Shown piece by piece: positions 1-11,401 of a stretch of DNA of 33,128 bases. The notes under the pieces were generated by a model that was not told the DNA's origin, ran no database searches, and worked only from the letters and a program-made list of their open reading frames with translations. The first letter of the stretch is position 1. Every line of letters begins with the position of its first letter. Made by a program: the position numbers and the translations under genes. Where the stretch lies: positions 30,572,154-30,605,281 of the forward strand of contig JBOZIK010000001.1 in the NCBI GenBank assembly GCA_051453625.1. The letters run 5' to 3'. The DNA comes from Welwitschia mirabilis. Taxonomy: Eukaryota.

Positions 1-1
1 A

Positions 2-1280
2 GAGATACTTGAGATTATTCATATTTGTTATGATGGTATTTGTGGAGGACATTTTAGTGGACATAAAACTACCATGAAAATCCTCTATTCTAGTTTTTAT
101 TAGCCTTCTCTTTTTCATGACTCATTTGATTTTATTAAAAGATGTGATTCTTGTTAGTGTTTTGGTAGCCTTGTTCGTTAATAGGAAATGCCCCTTAGAC
201 TTATTCTTGAGTGTGAGCCTTTTGATTATTGGGGTATTGATTTTATAGGGCCTATTCCCTTACCTTATTTTAATAAAAAATACATTTTAGTAGCTATTAN
301 NNNNNNNNNNNNNNNNNNNNNNNNNNNNNNNNNNNNNNNNNNNNNNNNNNNNNNNNNNNNNNNNNNNNNNNNNNNNNNNNNNNNNNNNNNNNNNNNNNNT
401 TCCTTAGATCTATTCTTGAGTGTGTGCCTTTTGATTATTGAAGTATTAATTTCATAGGCCCTATTCATTCAACTTATTTTAATAAAAATTACATTTTAGT
501 GGCTATTGATTACATGACTAAATGGGTTAAAACCATATCTATTTCTTTGAATGATACTCAAACTATCTATCATGTTCTTAGAATTTATATTTTTCAAATA
601 TTTGGTTTTCCTAGAGTCATAATTAGTGATAAGATTACTCATTTCATTAATGCTCTTTTTAAGAAACTTCTTATGTTCATTGGTATAGAACATAGAGTAG
701 CTTGTGCTTATCATCCTCAGAATAATGGATAGGCTGAAAATGTCAATAGAGAAATAAAAGAAATTCTTCAAAAACTTATCTCTGTTAGTAAAAAGTCTTA
801 TGCTTTTAAGCTTAATGATGTACTTTAGGCTTACCGTACTACTTGGCGTACTTCTTCTAGTTTTTAATCTTACAGACTTATTTATGATAAAGTTTGTATT
901 TTACTGGTTAATGTATGTTACAATTCTTATCATGCATCTCAGCAGCTTTATCTTGTGAATTTTAATGAAAATATTAAGTACAAATTAGCCCAATTAGATC
1001 ATCTTGATGAGAAAAGAACTAGTACCATATATTGTCAATTAATTCATAAAGCCCCAACAAAGTTCAAACATGATAAAATAATTTTTCATAAAAAGTTTCA
1101 ACCTGGTCAACTTGTCTTATTATATAATTCTAGAGTTCACCTTTTGAATAACAAGTTGACCTCTAAATGATTAGGTTCTTATCTTGTAAAGAAAGTGCAT
1201 TTTAAGGCTTAGTTGAAATTTTAGATTTGGAAACTAAAGAGATTTAGAAGATTAATGGGTAATGGTTGAAATTATATGAG
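2..1280 (+). pseudogene. Gypsy (Athila-like) integrase pseudogene: HHCC zinc finger, DDE core, GPY/F region
   Basis: Frame 2 reads HICYDGICGGHFSGHKT...FY*PSLF...CDSC*...[21 protein letters not shown]; then AIDYMTKWV, FGFPRVIISD, HRVACAYHPQNNG*AE, FQPGQLVLLYNSR..KLTSK*LGSY, ING*WLKLY. Many stops at Trp/Gln codons. Confidence 0.93.
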
Positions 1281-1750
1281 GCATCTTTAGATGCAGCCAT
1301 GAACATGATAGAAGCACTTGTTTTGGAGGTTGCCCTCAGTGAGGAGAACTTCCTTCCTTCATTGTCTAAGTTATTTCTTAGTCTACTCATTTAGTTAAAT
1401 ATTATGATATTACCTGATCATATTTTAAACTTAACTTGTGTATTACTTTGTGAAGTATTATGATTAGTTTTATACTTGGGCATTCACAGGTGGTAACATT
1501 AGATTCATCTAATCTTAATACATTTCCATGTCTATGGAATTTATTTAAAGTAAGATGCCTTACTTTCTTGTGTTTTTTCAATGGTGTTTAAATATTAGGT
1601 TGCTTGTGAGTATTCTTTTCTGTCTTTTATCTCACTTATTTACCTTTGTATTTCTTGAGTATATAATCATATGAGAATTTTGTATATAAATAAAGTATGA
1701 AATAAAGGCCATGATGTTTTCTATCTTTGCTATCTCAAAAACATGGTCAC

Positions 1751-1971
1751 CATGATGTCCTACCGTAAGTATACTAGGGCAAATGTTTTCGAGAGGAGCC
1801 TTTGATAGTGTAATATGATAGCTATAGGAACTCCACTGGGAAGTTAGTTAGCCATGCTTCATAGGTTCTTACTCCTCTAACAGTGGTTGCACTTCTCTCA
1901 TTATGATAAAAGAAATAAAAAATTTGAGGTTAGGGATCAGTGATATTCCTGGTGTTACCAGAGGCATTACT
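1751..1971 (+). ncRNA. Conserved, putatively structured RNA module downstream of pol (copy 1)
   Basis: 1751-1856 aligns without gaps to revcomp 22032-22137; 1861-1905 aligns to revcomp 21939-21983 (39/45 identical); hairpin 1939-1971 corresponds to 21868-21902. Flanking sequences do not align. Structure is inferred. Confidence 0.55.
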
Positions 1972-3852
1972 TATTTCCTATACTCTTAGTATTTTCACTT
2001 AATCATTTCACTNNNNNNNNNNNNNNNNNNNNNNNNNNNNNNNNNNNNNNNNNNNNNNNNNNNNNNNNNNNNNNNNNNNNNNNNNNNNNNNNNNNNNNNN
2101 NNNNNNNNNNNNNNNNNNNNNNNNNNNNNNNNNNNNNNNNNNNNNNNNNNNNNNNNNNNNNNNNNNNNNNNNNNNNNNNNNNNNNNNNNNNNNNNNNNNN
2201 NNNNNNNNNNNNNNNNNNNNNNNNNNNNNNNNNNNNNNNNNNNNNNNNNNNNNNNNNNNNNNNNNNNNNNNNNNNNNNNNNNNNNNNNNNNNNNNNNNNN
2301 NNNNNNNNNNNNNNNNNNNNNNNNNNNNNNNNNNNNNNNNNNNNNNNNNNNNNNNNNNNNNNNNNNNNNNNNNNNNNNNNNNNNNNNNNNNNNNNNNNNN
2401 NNNNNNNNNNNNNNNNNNNNNNNNNNNNNNNNNNNNNNNNNNNNNNNNNNNNNNNNNNNNNNNNNNNNNNNNNNNNNNNNNNNNNNNNNNNNNNNNNNNN
2501 NNNNNNNNNNNNCTTGGGAGTTTGCTAGGTTAGTACTTAGGATAGGTAAAAAATCTTTTCCTTATTCTTTGTGTCCATTTTCACTCTGGTTGTTTTGGGT
2601 TTTGAATTCTACTTTTCAAAGGCATTTTCACATTTTCTTATTTCTTGTCAAGACCTTAATCATTTAGTAGTTTTCTTACTATTCAATCGTGATAAAACGT
2701 TTTTCTCAACATGAATTTTCCAAAAAAAAAAAACAACCATTATTTAAAAAGAACATCTTTTCCACAATCTTCATGATTTCCCCTATAGCTTATTGAGTTC
2801 TAAGTCTATCATGCTTTCATTTTTTTATTCAGGCACATTCATTTAGTATTTATTGTAGTTTTTTAACCTAGATAGTCTATTTTCTTTAGCCATAGTTTTT
2901 TTTCTTTTGTATGTTTCTATCCCTTTTACTCAGATTTTTTTTGCTTTTCTCATTTTTTCTTTATGNNNNNNNNNNNNNNNNNNNNNNNNNNNNNNNNNNN
3001 NNNNNNNNNNNNNNNNNNNNNNNNNNNNNNNNNNNNNNNNNNNNNNNNNNNNNNNNNNNNNNNNNNNNNNNNNNNNNNNNNNNNNNNNNNNNNNNNNNNN
3101 NNNNNNNNNNNNNNNNNNNNNNNNNNNNNNNNNNNNNNNNNNNNNNNNNNNNNNNNNNNNNNNNNNNNNNNNNNNNNNNNNNNNNNNNNNNNNNNNNNNN
3201 NNNNNNNNNNNNNNNNNNNCATTCTTTTGAGAGACAATGACCCCTCTGGCTAGTATCAACATTTTAGAACTTGTCCTGCCTAATTTCGTTGCCAGATTCA
3301 CAAGATTTCTTCAAATTTGTAAAAATAAGATATGTTTCTCTCTCCTCCTAATTTTTCATTTTTTCTCATATTTTTAGCCTTTCGGCATGTAGTTTTAATG
3401 TATATCGATCAGTTTATCTTCTTCTTCATTTTGGAACTTACAGATCTGAATTTCACTATATATTTTTTGAGTTATAATTACTTTTATGTATTATGAGGTA
3501 TTTTTAGGGTTTTACTTTTCACACTTATTTTCTTGCAAATCACAAGTAAAATCATAGTGGTCCTTTAGGTAAAACTGATTAGGGTGATGTGCTCTACAAC
3601 TTTACTGAATTAAATTTTTCATTTGAGTACTTTAATTTTTTACTTCTTATGGGGCCCACTACATACATAGTGTTCAGAATTTTTTGCATTTTTCTCCATT
3701 TCTTTTCTCATGATTAGGCAATTTAGGATGTATTGCATTTTTGTTTTTAGGGAAGTAGGATATATTTTTAGTATTTTTAAAATTTTAATCAATTTTAGGG
3801 GTCATTATTGCGCATCCATGTGACATTTTTGACTTGCTTGTCTATTTTCACA

Positions 3853-5147
3853 TGATGAGTTTAGTATTTGTAGTTGAGTAGGCCACGTACGCATAGAGCT
3901 AGCTAGGTAGAGGCTTTAGTTGAGTCTGTAGGATAGGTGGTAGGCCCTTTGGTTGAGCTCAAGATATATCATGTGGAGCCTACACACCCACCATCTTTGA
4001 GCATACAGACAATTAACATTCATGTCAAAAGACATTTTGGTGATTTCATGAGCTACATAGAGCCAAAGGTTGATCAAAGATTAACAGAGTTACAGCTTAG
4101 ATGGATTATAGATGTACATGGTGCATATTATGTTTTGAGATAAGAGAGTTCTATGACAACATGCATATAGAGAGGCGACCAGACACATATGGTCAGCTAC
4201 AGGACATGAGTGTTGCATACATTCAAGACCATGAGATTTCTATCTTTTTATCTCACATTGCAATCATCATAGATCTCAGAGGTCTTGGAAGATTACCTAT
4301 TCATTTAGCTAGTGGGATAAAGAAGCATCAAGCTTATGGTGCCATTTTAGATGTTTCAGCTGATATGATCACTGATCGATGAGGGGTAAATGTTACCTAG
4401 CTAACCCCCGCATACAGAGTTTTGCACAGAGGACTGATTCATAACATCAGTCCATCATACCATAACAGTTATACTATGGTCATGCATTTATAGATTCTAA
4501 CAACCTTTTATCAGGGGAAGTAGATGAATTTATTAACCTTTATATGGAAGAGACTTAGGTCTATAATTGAGATATGATATTTATAGATACTTAATTATTC
4601 ATGCCTCTTCTCAATCTTGTTTAAACAATTTGGGATACCAAAGCCCATAGGATAGTGACATATCTCACACATTTAGAGTTCTACTCACTATTTATAGGAT
4701 ATGGGTATACAAATACTAGGAGAAGCAAAGAGATCTCAAGTACAGAGACTTGCATTTGGAGCTTTATTAGAGCAAATCCAGGCCCCTTTGGCTGAGACTA
4801 CCAAGACCCTCAGAGGATTTGTTGATTAGAGGTTGAAGACGTTCAAGTAGGGAGTTGAGTAGTAGATCCTATCCTTTGAGTAGAGAGTTGAGCAGCAGAT
4901 CCTATCTATTGAGAGGAGAGTATAACACACAGAGGATCAGATGGTGGACATGCACCAGCACATTGTCTCCATTCAACAGAGTATAACTATAGATATTCCA
5001 GAGTCAGTACATGTCCAGGGTAATGAGAAAGTCAGGTCTATTATAGCATCTCTTAATGACTATCTCCCCACAGATCCTGATCATCCTCCTTCTTCTCCCC
5101 CTGCTCTTGAGCCAGTTACTAAACCAGGGTTTATCATGCATAGATAA
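3853..5147 (+). pseudogene. Env-like / extra ORF of Athila element (resembles the 'putative plant transposon protein' Transposase_32-type family), degenerate
   Basis: Pieced translation: YYVL/EIREFYDNM...VAYIQDHEISI...LTPAYRVLHRGLIHNISP...GK*MNLLTFIWKRL, followed by a repetitive coiled-coil-like stretch and a Pro-rich tail (PDHPPSSPP). Lies between integrase and 3' LTR. Start is approximate. Confidence 0.65.
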
Positions 5148-5659
5148 TAGGAATGATTTTACATTATATTTTGTATCTCCCCTTCTACACTTCTTGTACT
5201 AAAAACTCTTATTATTATATAGACATATCATTTCATTTTAGCATGATGTACTATTTCTATCTCATTTTTTACATTGATTATCTATTGATTTTTATGATGA
5301 GAATTGCATTTTGAGGGCAAATATTTATAATTAACTATTTATCATAGTGGAGGGTTGTTTATTATGATTAATTAATTAACTAATAAAATCAATTTCTATC
5401 ACAAGTTCTAGTTTTGAAAACCCTTTACAGAGTTGTCATCCTCTATATCATCCAGACAACTAGCCAGACAATCAAACTCTAATGCTTCATAGGTGTTTTG
5501 TTTAGTGTTCTTAATTTTTCAAAAATTTAGGTTATCTCTAAAATATTCTTCAAATCATTTTGAGAGAATTTGTTCAAGTATTCTACTTATTTTCATCATC
5601 TAATAAGTTGGCTCGCAAATGAGGTTTATTGCATGGTTTTATTAGGGACTAACAAGGCT

Positions 5660-5670
5660 AAGTGGGGGAC
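5660..5670 (+). promoter_or_regulatory. Polypurine tract (PPT) of gypsy element 1
   Basis: 'aagtgggggac' lies 2 nt before 'tgttatgccaccaac', where homology with the other LTR copies begins. Confidence 0.75.
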
Positions 5671-5672
5671 TA

Positions 5673-6109
5673 TGTTATGCCACCAACTTACATATATTTG
5701 ATAGGATATTCTGAGTTATTTTATAGGTAATTGTAGATAAATGCTTGTATTTCATGATAATGGAGAAGCAAGATGAAAAGGATGGAAATATACAATTTCC
5801 TAGATAAATTATAAGCGTTCTGAGAAAATACAAATAATTGGTATTTTTTATGATAATTTTCTGTAAACAACAATGCTAAAGCATTGATGGAAGATTCATT
5901 GAAAGGCCATCATCCATGTCATCATCTAAATAACAGGATAGATGACAATGCCATTACATGATGATAGGTCTAATGGACAGTCAGACTAGTAGCAGATGAG
6001 GATTTAACTATGAGTTGGTATCGTCTCTTGCATCATCTGGATGACTAGCTAGATGACACTGATTGTAACGCTTGCACTGAATATTCACCTATACTTTCAC
6101 TACCTATTC
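5673..6109 (+). repeat. LTR A: 5' part of the 3' LTR of gypsy element 1, truncated
   Basis: Starts with TG after the PPT; near-colinear inverted copy at ~6722-7161; homologous to 7560-7998 (-) and 27346-27730 (+). Confidence 0.85.
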
Positions 6110-7161
6110 TGATTAAAATCCTATTAACTACAAATAATATGTACAAACACAACACATTAATATAGATGGGAGTGATTCGAATGTCGTAATTTGTTAAAGG
6201 CGAAAGTATGAAAATAAGAGAATTGCTTTCAAGATGAAAAATACAGTAACCCTAGCCTACAAAAATAACTTGCAATGCATGAAAAGAAAATAAAACACAC
6301 TTATTCAAAGCTAATCTAGGACAAGAAATAATAATTCATCTAAACTAACCAAGTACAACCTTGACAAAGGTTACCCTCATAATCTATATCACAAGAGAAG
6401 ATGTCACTAAATCTCAAGCAACATAAACTATGAAGGAGAAGATCTTTATACAAAAAGAAATGTTTATATTAAAATTTAAACCACATCTGTATTACAAAAT
6501 AGCCGCACCTCAATAGAGGAAATTCCGCCCAACACCAAGAAAACATCTCTCTGAAATTACAAGATGGTTCTTTAGTCCCTTGATCTCCTGTCACAAGTAA
6601 GTTGGGTGTAATTAAAGATGATTAGGAGTCGAGGGGAGACCTCTATTTATTAATCTAAAACATGAAATGAAATTAATAGAAAGGCATAGGAAAAACCCTA
6701 ATCACCTTATAGAGAGAAATTAGAATAGGTGGTGAAATTTTAGTTGAATATTCAGTGCAGGCATTACAATCAGTGTCGTCCAGCTGGTTGTCCTGATGAT
6801 GTAAGAGACGATGCTAACTCATTGTTAAATCCTTATCTATTGCTAGTCTAACTATCCATTAGACCTATTATCATGCAATGTCATTATCATCCATCCTGTC
6901 ATCTGGAGGGTGACATGGACAATGACCTTTCAATGGATCTTCCATCAATGCTTGAGCCTTGTTGTTTGCAGAAAATTATCATAAAAAGTATCGATTATTT
7001 GTATTTACTCAAAATGCTTGTAATTTATCTATGGAAATTACATATTTCCATCCTTTTCATCTCGCTTCTTCATTATCATGAAATCCAAGCATTTATCTAC
7101 TAATTACCTATAAAACAAATCAGAATATCCTACCAAATATATGTAAGTTGATGGTGTAATA
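6110..7161 (-). repeat. LTR C: full-length (~1050 bp) solo LTR of the same family, reverse orientation, no TSD
   Basis: Minus strand begins 'tattacaccatcaacttacatatatttg' (cf. LTR A 'tgttatgccaccaacttacatatatttg'), contains 'taataaatagagg' TATA-like box, ends '...ggattttaatCA' at 6110. Length matches the 27346-28408 LTR. Flanks tattc/caacc differ. Confidence 0.8.
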
Positions 7162-7998
7162 CAACCCAAGAAAAGAAAATAACAATGCACCTATCCTAAA
7201 CTAACCAAGCATAACTTTGACAAAGGCTATCTGCATAACTTATATCACTAAGGAAACTATCACCAAATTAGTAGCAACATAAGCTATGAGAGTGAGAAAT
7301 AATCATACATTGAAATGAAAAAAATAAGTATTTTGTATTAAGTTTTGAACCACATCCATATTACAAAGTAACTATACCTCAATGGAGGAAATGTCATCCA
7401 ATTCCAAGGAGAACATCTCTCTACAATTACAAGGATGGATCTTCAACCCTTTAATCTCTTATCATAAGAATTATAGGTGCAAATGAAGATAAGTAGGAGT
7501 CAAGGATGAGATCACTATTTATTGACATAGTAAAATCATAATAGCCACTCTAAGAAAAACTAACATACATGTGGAAAATATTAAGTAATTGTTTAGGGTA
7601 TACATTACAACAGTGTTGTCTAGTTGATCGTCTAGATGATATAGGAGATGATGCCATTTTATAAAAGATCCAAATCAGCCATCAGAAAGATTATAGTTAA
7701 CATTTCATTTGCATGAACTACTTGGTTATCCATCTAGGTTGTCTAAACAATAAGATGAATGATGGCCTTTTACAAATATTTAATCAGTGCATTAGCCTTA
7801 ATGTTTTGTAGGAATTATCTCAAAAATGTAAAGTATTTAGAGTTGCTCAAAATATTATAAATCATCATGGGGATTTCATGTTTTCATTCTTTTCATCTCA
7901 TCTCTTCATTATCATAGAAATCAAGCATTTTCCTATCTATTTACTTGTAAAACCACTCAAAATACCCTATTAAATATGCATAAGTTTGCCACAAAACA
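7162..7998 (-). repeat. LTR B: more diverged, 3'-truncated LTR of the same family, reverse orientation
   Basis: Minus strand starts 'TGttttgtggcaaacttatgcatatttaatagg'; 7165-7990 is a direct repeat of ~6285-7160 (e.g. 'taaactaaccaag...ttgacaaagg', 'gcaacataa.ctatga', 'aacatctctct..aattacaag'). Confidence 0.8.
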
Positions 7999-10880
7999 AG
8001 TTGTAAATGAATTTCATCCTATAATCCAAAATATTTATCTAGTTAATAGGTTTCTTAGCAATGCAAAGATATGGGATAAAGGCGACACTATTTCCTTCAC
8101 TAAAGATAAATGCATTATAAGAACCTCAACAATCAACAACATAGTTTTGATTAGTGGTAGATTAAAATGCATGTATGTCATTGGATGTGAAGATAAGTCA
8201 AGGGAAGAATACTACATTATTCATATTGATGAAATAAACCTTTAGCATAGAAGAATAGTACATATGAACTTAAAGGATCTTAGCGACATCTCTACAAAAA
8301 AAAAAAAAAAAAATGATAGACATGCCTAAACTAAACATGATTGAAGTTAAAGTCTGTGATTCCTATATAAAAGAAAAATTCATTTGCACAAGTTTCAAGA
8401 GTAATAAAGATATTAATTCAACAAAACCCTTAGACCTTATTCATATGGACTTTATAGGTCCAATCCATACTCGAAGCATAGGAGGAAAAAGGTATTTCTT
8501 AGTTGTGGTTAATGATTTTTGAAGATTTACTTGGGTAGCTTTTCTAACTAGAAAGGATGAAACTTATGACATGTTTTTAAAAAGAGTCAAAAAAGTTTAA
8601 AATAAAAAGAAGTATAATATTAATTCTATACAATTTAATATAGGAGGATAATTTAACAATTAGAAGCTTGGGAATTCTTGTGACTTCCATGGAAAGATCA
8701 TTAATTCTCAGCTACTAGAACTCCTTAATAAAATGGAGTTGCTGAATATAAAAATCATGTTTTAATTGAAATGGCTAGGACTATGTTAAATGAACAATCA
8801 TTACCTACAATTAATATTGCTTGCTAGATATACAATAGAGTTTTTCTAGGACCTAGTACTAAAGAATCACTTATGAGCTCTGGAAAAGCAAGAAACGTAT
8901 AGTGAATTAATTTAAAGTATTTGGAAGTAAGTGTTTTATTCTCAAAGATAAATATCGCAGAAGAAAGTTTAATTTCAAGATAGATGAAGGAATTTTTCTA
9001 GGATACTCTTCAACTAGTAAAACATACAAAGGTTTTAACAAAACCTCTAATAGAGTAGAAGAATCAGTCCATGTTAAAGTTAAATAGAATGCTCAAGAAA
9101 CTTTTAAACAACATAAAAGAGATGATGAAGAAGAAGTTGTCATAAAAATCACTGAAGAAGAAGCTACATTAGATAACTAACTATTCTCTTCCAGTAGTGA
9201 AGAGAAACTTACAAATAGATATTTATCTCTTCCTCTTATAATAAGAAGAGATTATCCAAAAAATAATGTTTTTAGTAATTCAATTCAAGGTACAACCACA
9301 AGAAGTGAAAAGCACATCAATCATGATTTTCTATGTTTTGTTTCTAAGTTAAAACTCAAGACCTTTCAAGAGGGAAAACATAATAAGGCCTGAATGATGG
9401 ACATACAAAAAGAATTAGATTAATTTGAAAGGAATAAACTTTAGGACCTAGTTTTAACCCCATTAAACAAAAATGTTATTAGAATAAAATTGATTTTCAA
9501 AAATAAAAGAAATGAACATCACCAAATAGAGTAAAACAAAGCTAGATCAGTAGCCCAATGATCTTACTAATAGGAAGTAATTAATTATGATGAAACATTT
9601 TCTCTTGTTGCAAGAATCAAAGCAATCCAGATGTTACTAGCCTTTGCTTCTTTTCCTAAGATTAAGTTATATCAAATGGATGTTAAGAGTGCCTTCTTGA
9701 ATGGATGTATTAATGAATAAGTCTTTGTTGCTTAACCTCCCAGTTTTATAGATCCAAAACTTCCAAATAGTGTATACAAATTAAATAAGGCTCTCTATGG
9801 ATTCAAACAAGTTCTAAGAGCATCGTTCAATAGATTAAATCTATTTCTTATGTCAAAATAATTTTCTAAAGGAATGCAAAGCTAACTCTTTTGATTAAAT
9901 GAGATAAGAATGATATTTTAATAGTACAAATTTATGTGTATGATATTGTCTACAATTGCAATAAAATTACTTCTAGTTGACAAGTTCTTTAAAATGATGT
10001 AATAAGGAATTTGAAATAAGTCTAGTGGGATAACTAAACTTCTTTTTGTATTTATAAATTAAACAAATAGATCTAGCATATTTATAAGACAGTTCAAGTA
10101 TGCTACAGATATGTTAAAAAAATATGATATGATGGATTCTAAAGACATTAAAACTCTCTCTTCCACAAACTTAAAATTATTAAAAGATGATGGATGAAAA
10201 AGAGTGGATCAAAACCTGTATAGAGGTGTGATTGAAATTTCTTTATACATGACAATAAGTAGGCCTAATATAGCTCATAGTGTAGGAGTTTGTGCTAGAT
10301 ATGAATCAGACCCCAAAGAATCCCATTTGATGCATGTTAAAATAATCCTTTGATATATCAAATACACACAAAATCATGGGTTATTTTATCCTTACAATTC
10401 CTCTTTTGATTTATTAAGATACTATGATGCAGATTAGGCTGGGTGTTTAGATAATAGAGAAAGTACCAGTGAAGCATGTTTCTATCTGGGAAATTGCCTA
10501 GTATCTTGGCTAAGTAAGAAATAAAATACAACCTTCCTATTAACCACTGAAGCTGAGTATATTACAGCAGATCATGTTTTACATAATTACTTTGGATGAA
10601 AAAAATGTTAATAGATTTTGGAGTTAAATGTGAAACTATGGAATGTTTTATAATAATACAAGTACCATTAGCATAAGAAAAAATCCAATTTAACCCTCTT
10701 GTATCAAACACATAGATATAAGACATCACTTCATATGAGATTAGGTTCAAAATAATATTGTTAATATTCATTATATATTCACAAATAATCATATTGTAGA
10801 TATTATAATGAAGGCTCTAGATGAACAATGATTCAAGGACTTGAGACAAAATTTAGGAATTAGAATAAATCCTTATGAGG
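7999..10880 (+). pseudogene. Ty1/copia pol pseudogene (protease C-terminus, GAG-pre-integrase, integrase, RT, RNase H)
   Basis: L*HRRIVHMN (~8240); KPLDLIHMDFIGP..SIGGKRYFLVVVNDF*RFTWV; RTP**NGVAE; QMDVKSAFLNG (~9673); LNKALYGFKQ; VQIYVYDIV (YVDD); DAD*AGCLDNRESTS..LVSWLSKK*..LTTEAEY; ends DIIMKALDEQ*FKDLRQNLGI. Confidence 0.95.
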
Positions 10881-11401
10881 TATGACTTTAAGATTTTTGA
10901 TCATTTTTGTATCATATGTAGATAGTGTAAATTTTAGTAGTTTGTAAAAGTTTAATTTTCTATAGTAAAGCTTCTATTTCTACTAAAATAATTTTTTTTA
11001 ATGAGTTAACACTTAAACATCCTGTATTTATTCCTTGGATATTTAAGTTTTTCAATCTTTAATTTTTTCAAGTTCTTACTCAAGTGTTCCACTTTATTTC
11101 TTAAACATTCAACTTTGTTAGCGTATAATTTTCTTGAGTTCCTTCTCAGATGTCCTAATTTTATTCCTTGATATTCAAATGTATAGTTAATGATTGGATG
11201 TTCAACTTTTAATCCTTTACATCTAGATCTTAAGGCAATGCGGAATGGCCATGCTTGTCTACCTTATTTTTAAAGGGTTTAACTCCTTGTTTTCACTTAT
11301 TTTTAAAATTTCTCTTACCTCCCTTTTTCCTTCTCCTCAACACTCCATCTCTATTATCATTTTTCTCTCTTTCTCTCATAAATCTAAGCCTTTCATTGAT
11401 A

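Larger units (their letters stand above)
1..6109 (+). mobile_element. Athila-type Ty3/gypsy LTR retrotransposon, 3' half (integrase - long non-coding region - env-like ORF - PPT - partial 3' LTR), degenerate
   Basis: Integrase relic at 2-1280, extra ORF at ~3853-5147, Athila-style pre-LTR motif 'agggactaacaaggctaagtgggggac' followed by TG-starting LTR at 5673. Spans three N gaps, so contiguity is not guaranteed. Confidence 0.85.

Noticed and set aside
1751-1905. Hammerhead (retrozyme), twister or group I intron identity for the conserved module
   Set aside because: No CUGAnGA/GAAA core, no convincing twister consensus, and no group I P7/S motifs were found by eye.
2907-3301. ORFs in the provided track spanning N runs (also 265-468, 14744-14956, 22080-22413, 30572-30799)
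   Set aside because: They are open only because of N gaps or (TA)n repeats.
6873-7103. 76-aa ORF and similar short ORFs (10562-10792, 17145-17363, 23181-23432, 26010-26231, 28324-28805)
   Set aside because: They lie in LTRs/UTRs or antisense to TE coding relics and have low-complexity AT-driven composition.
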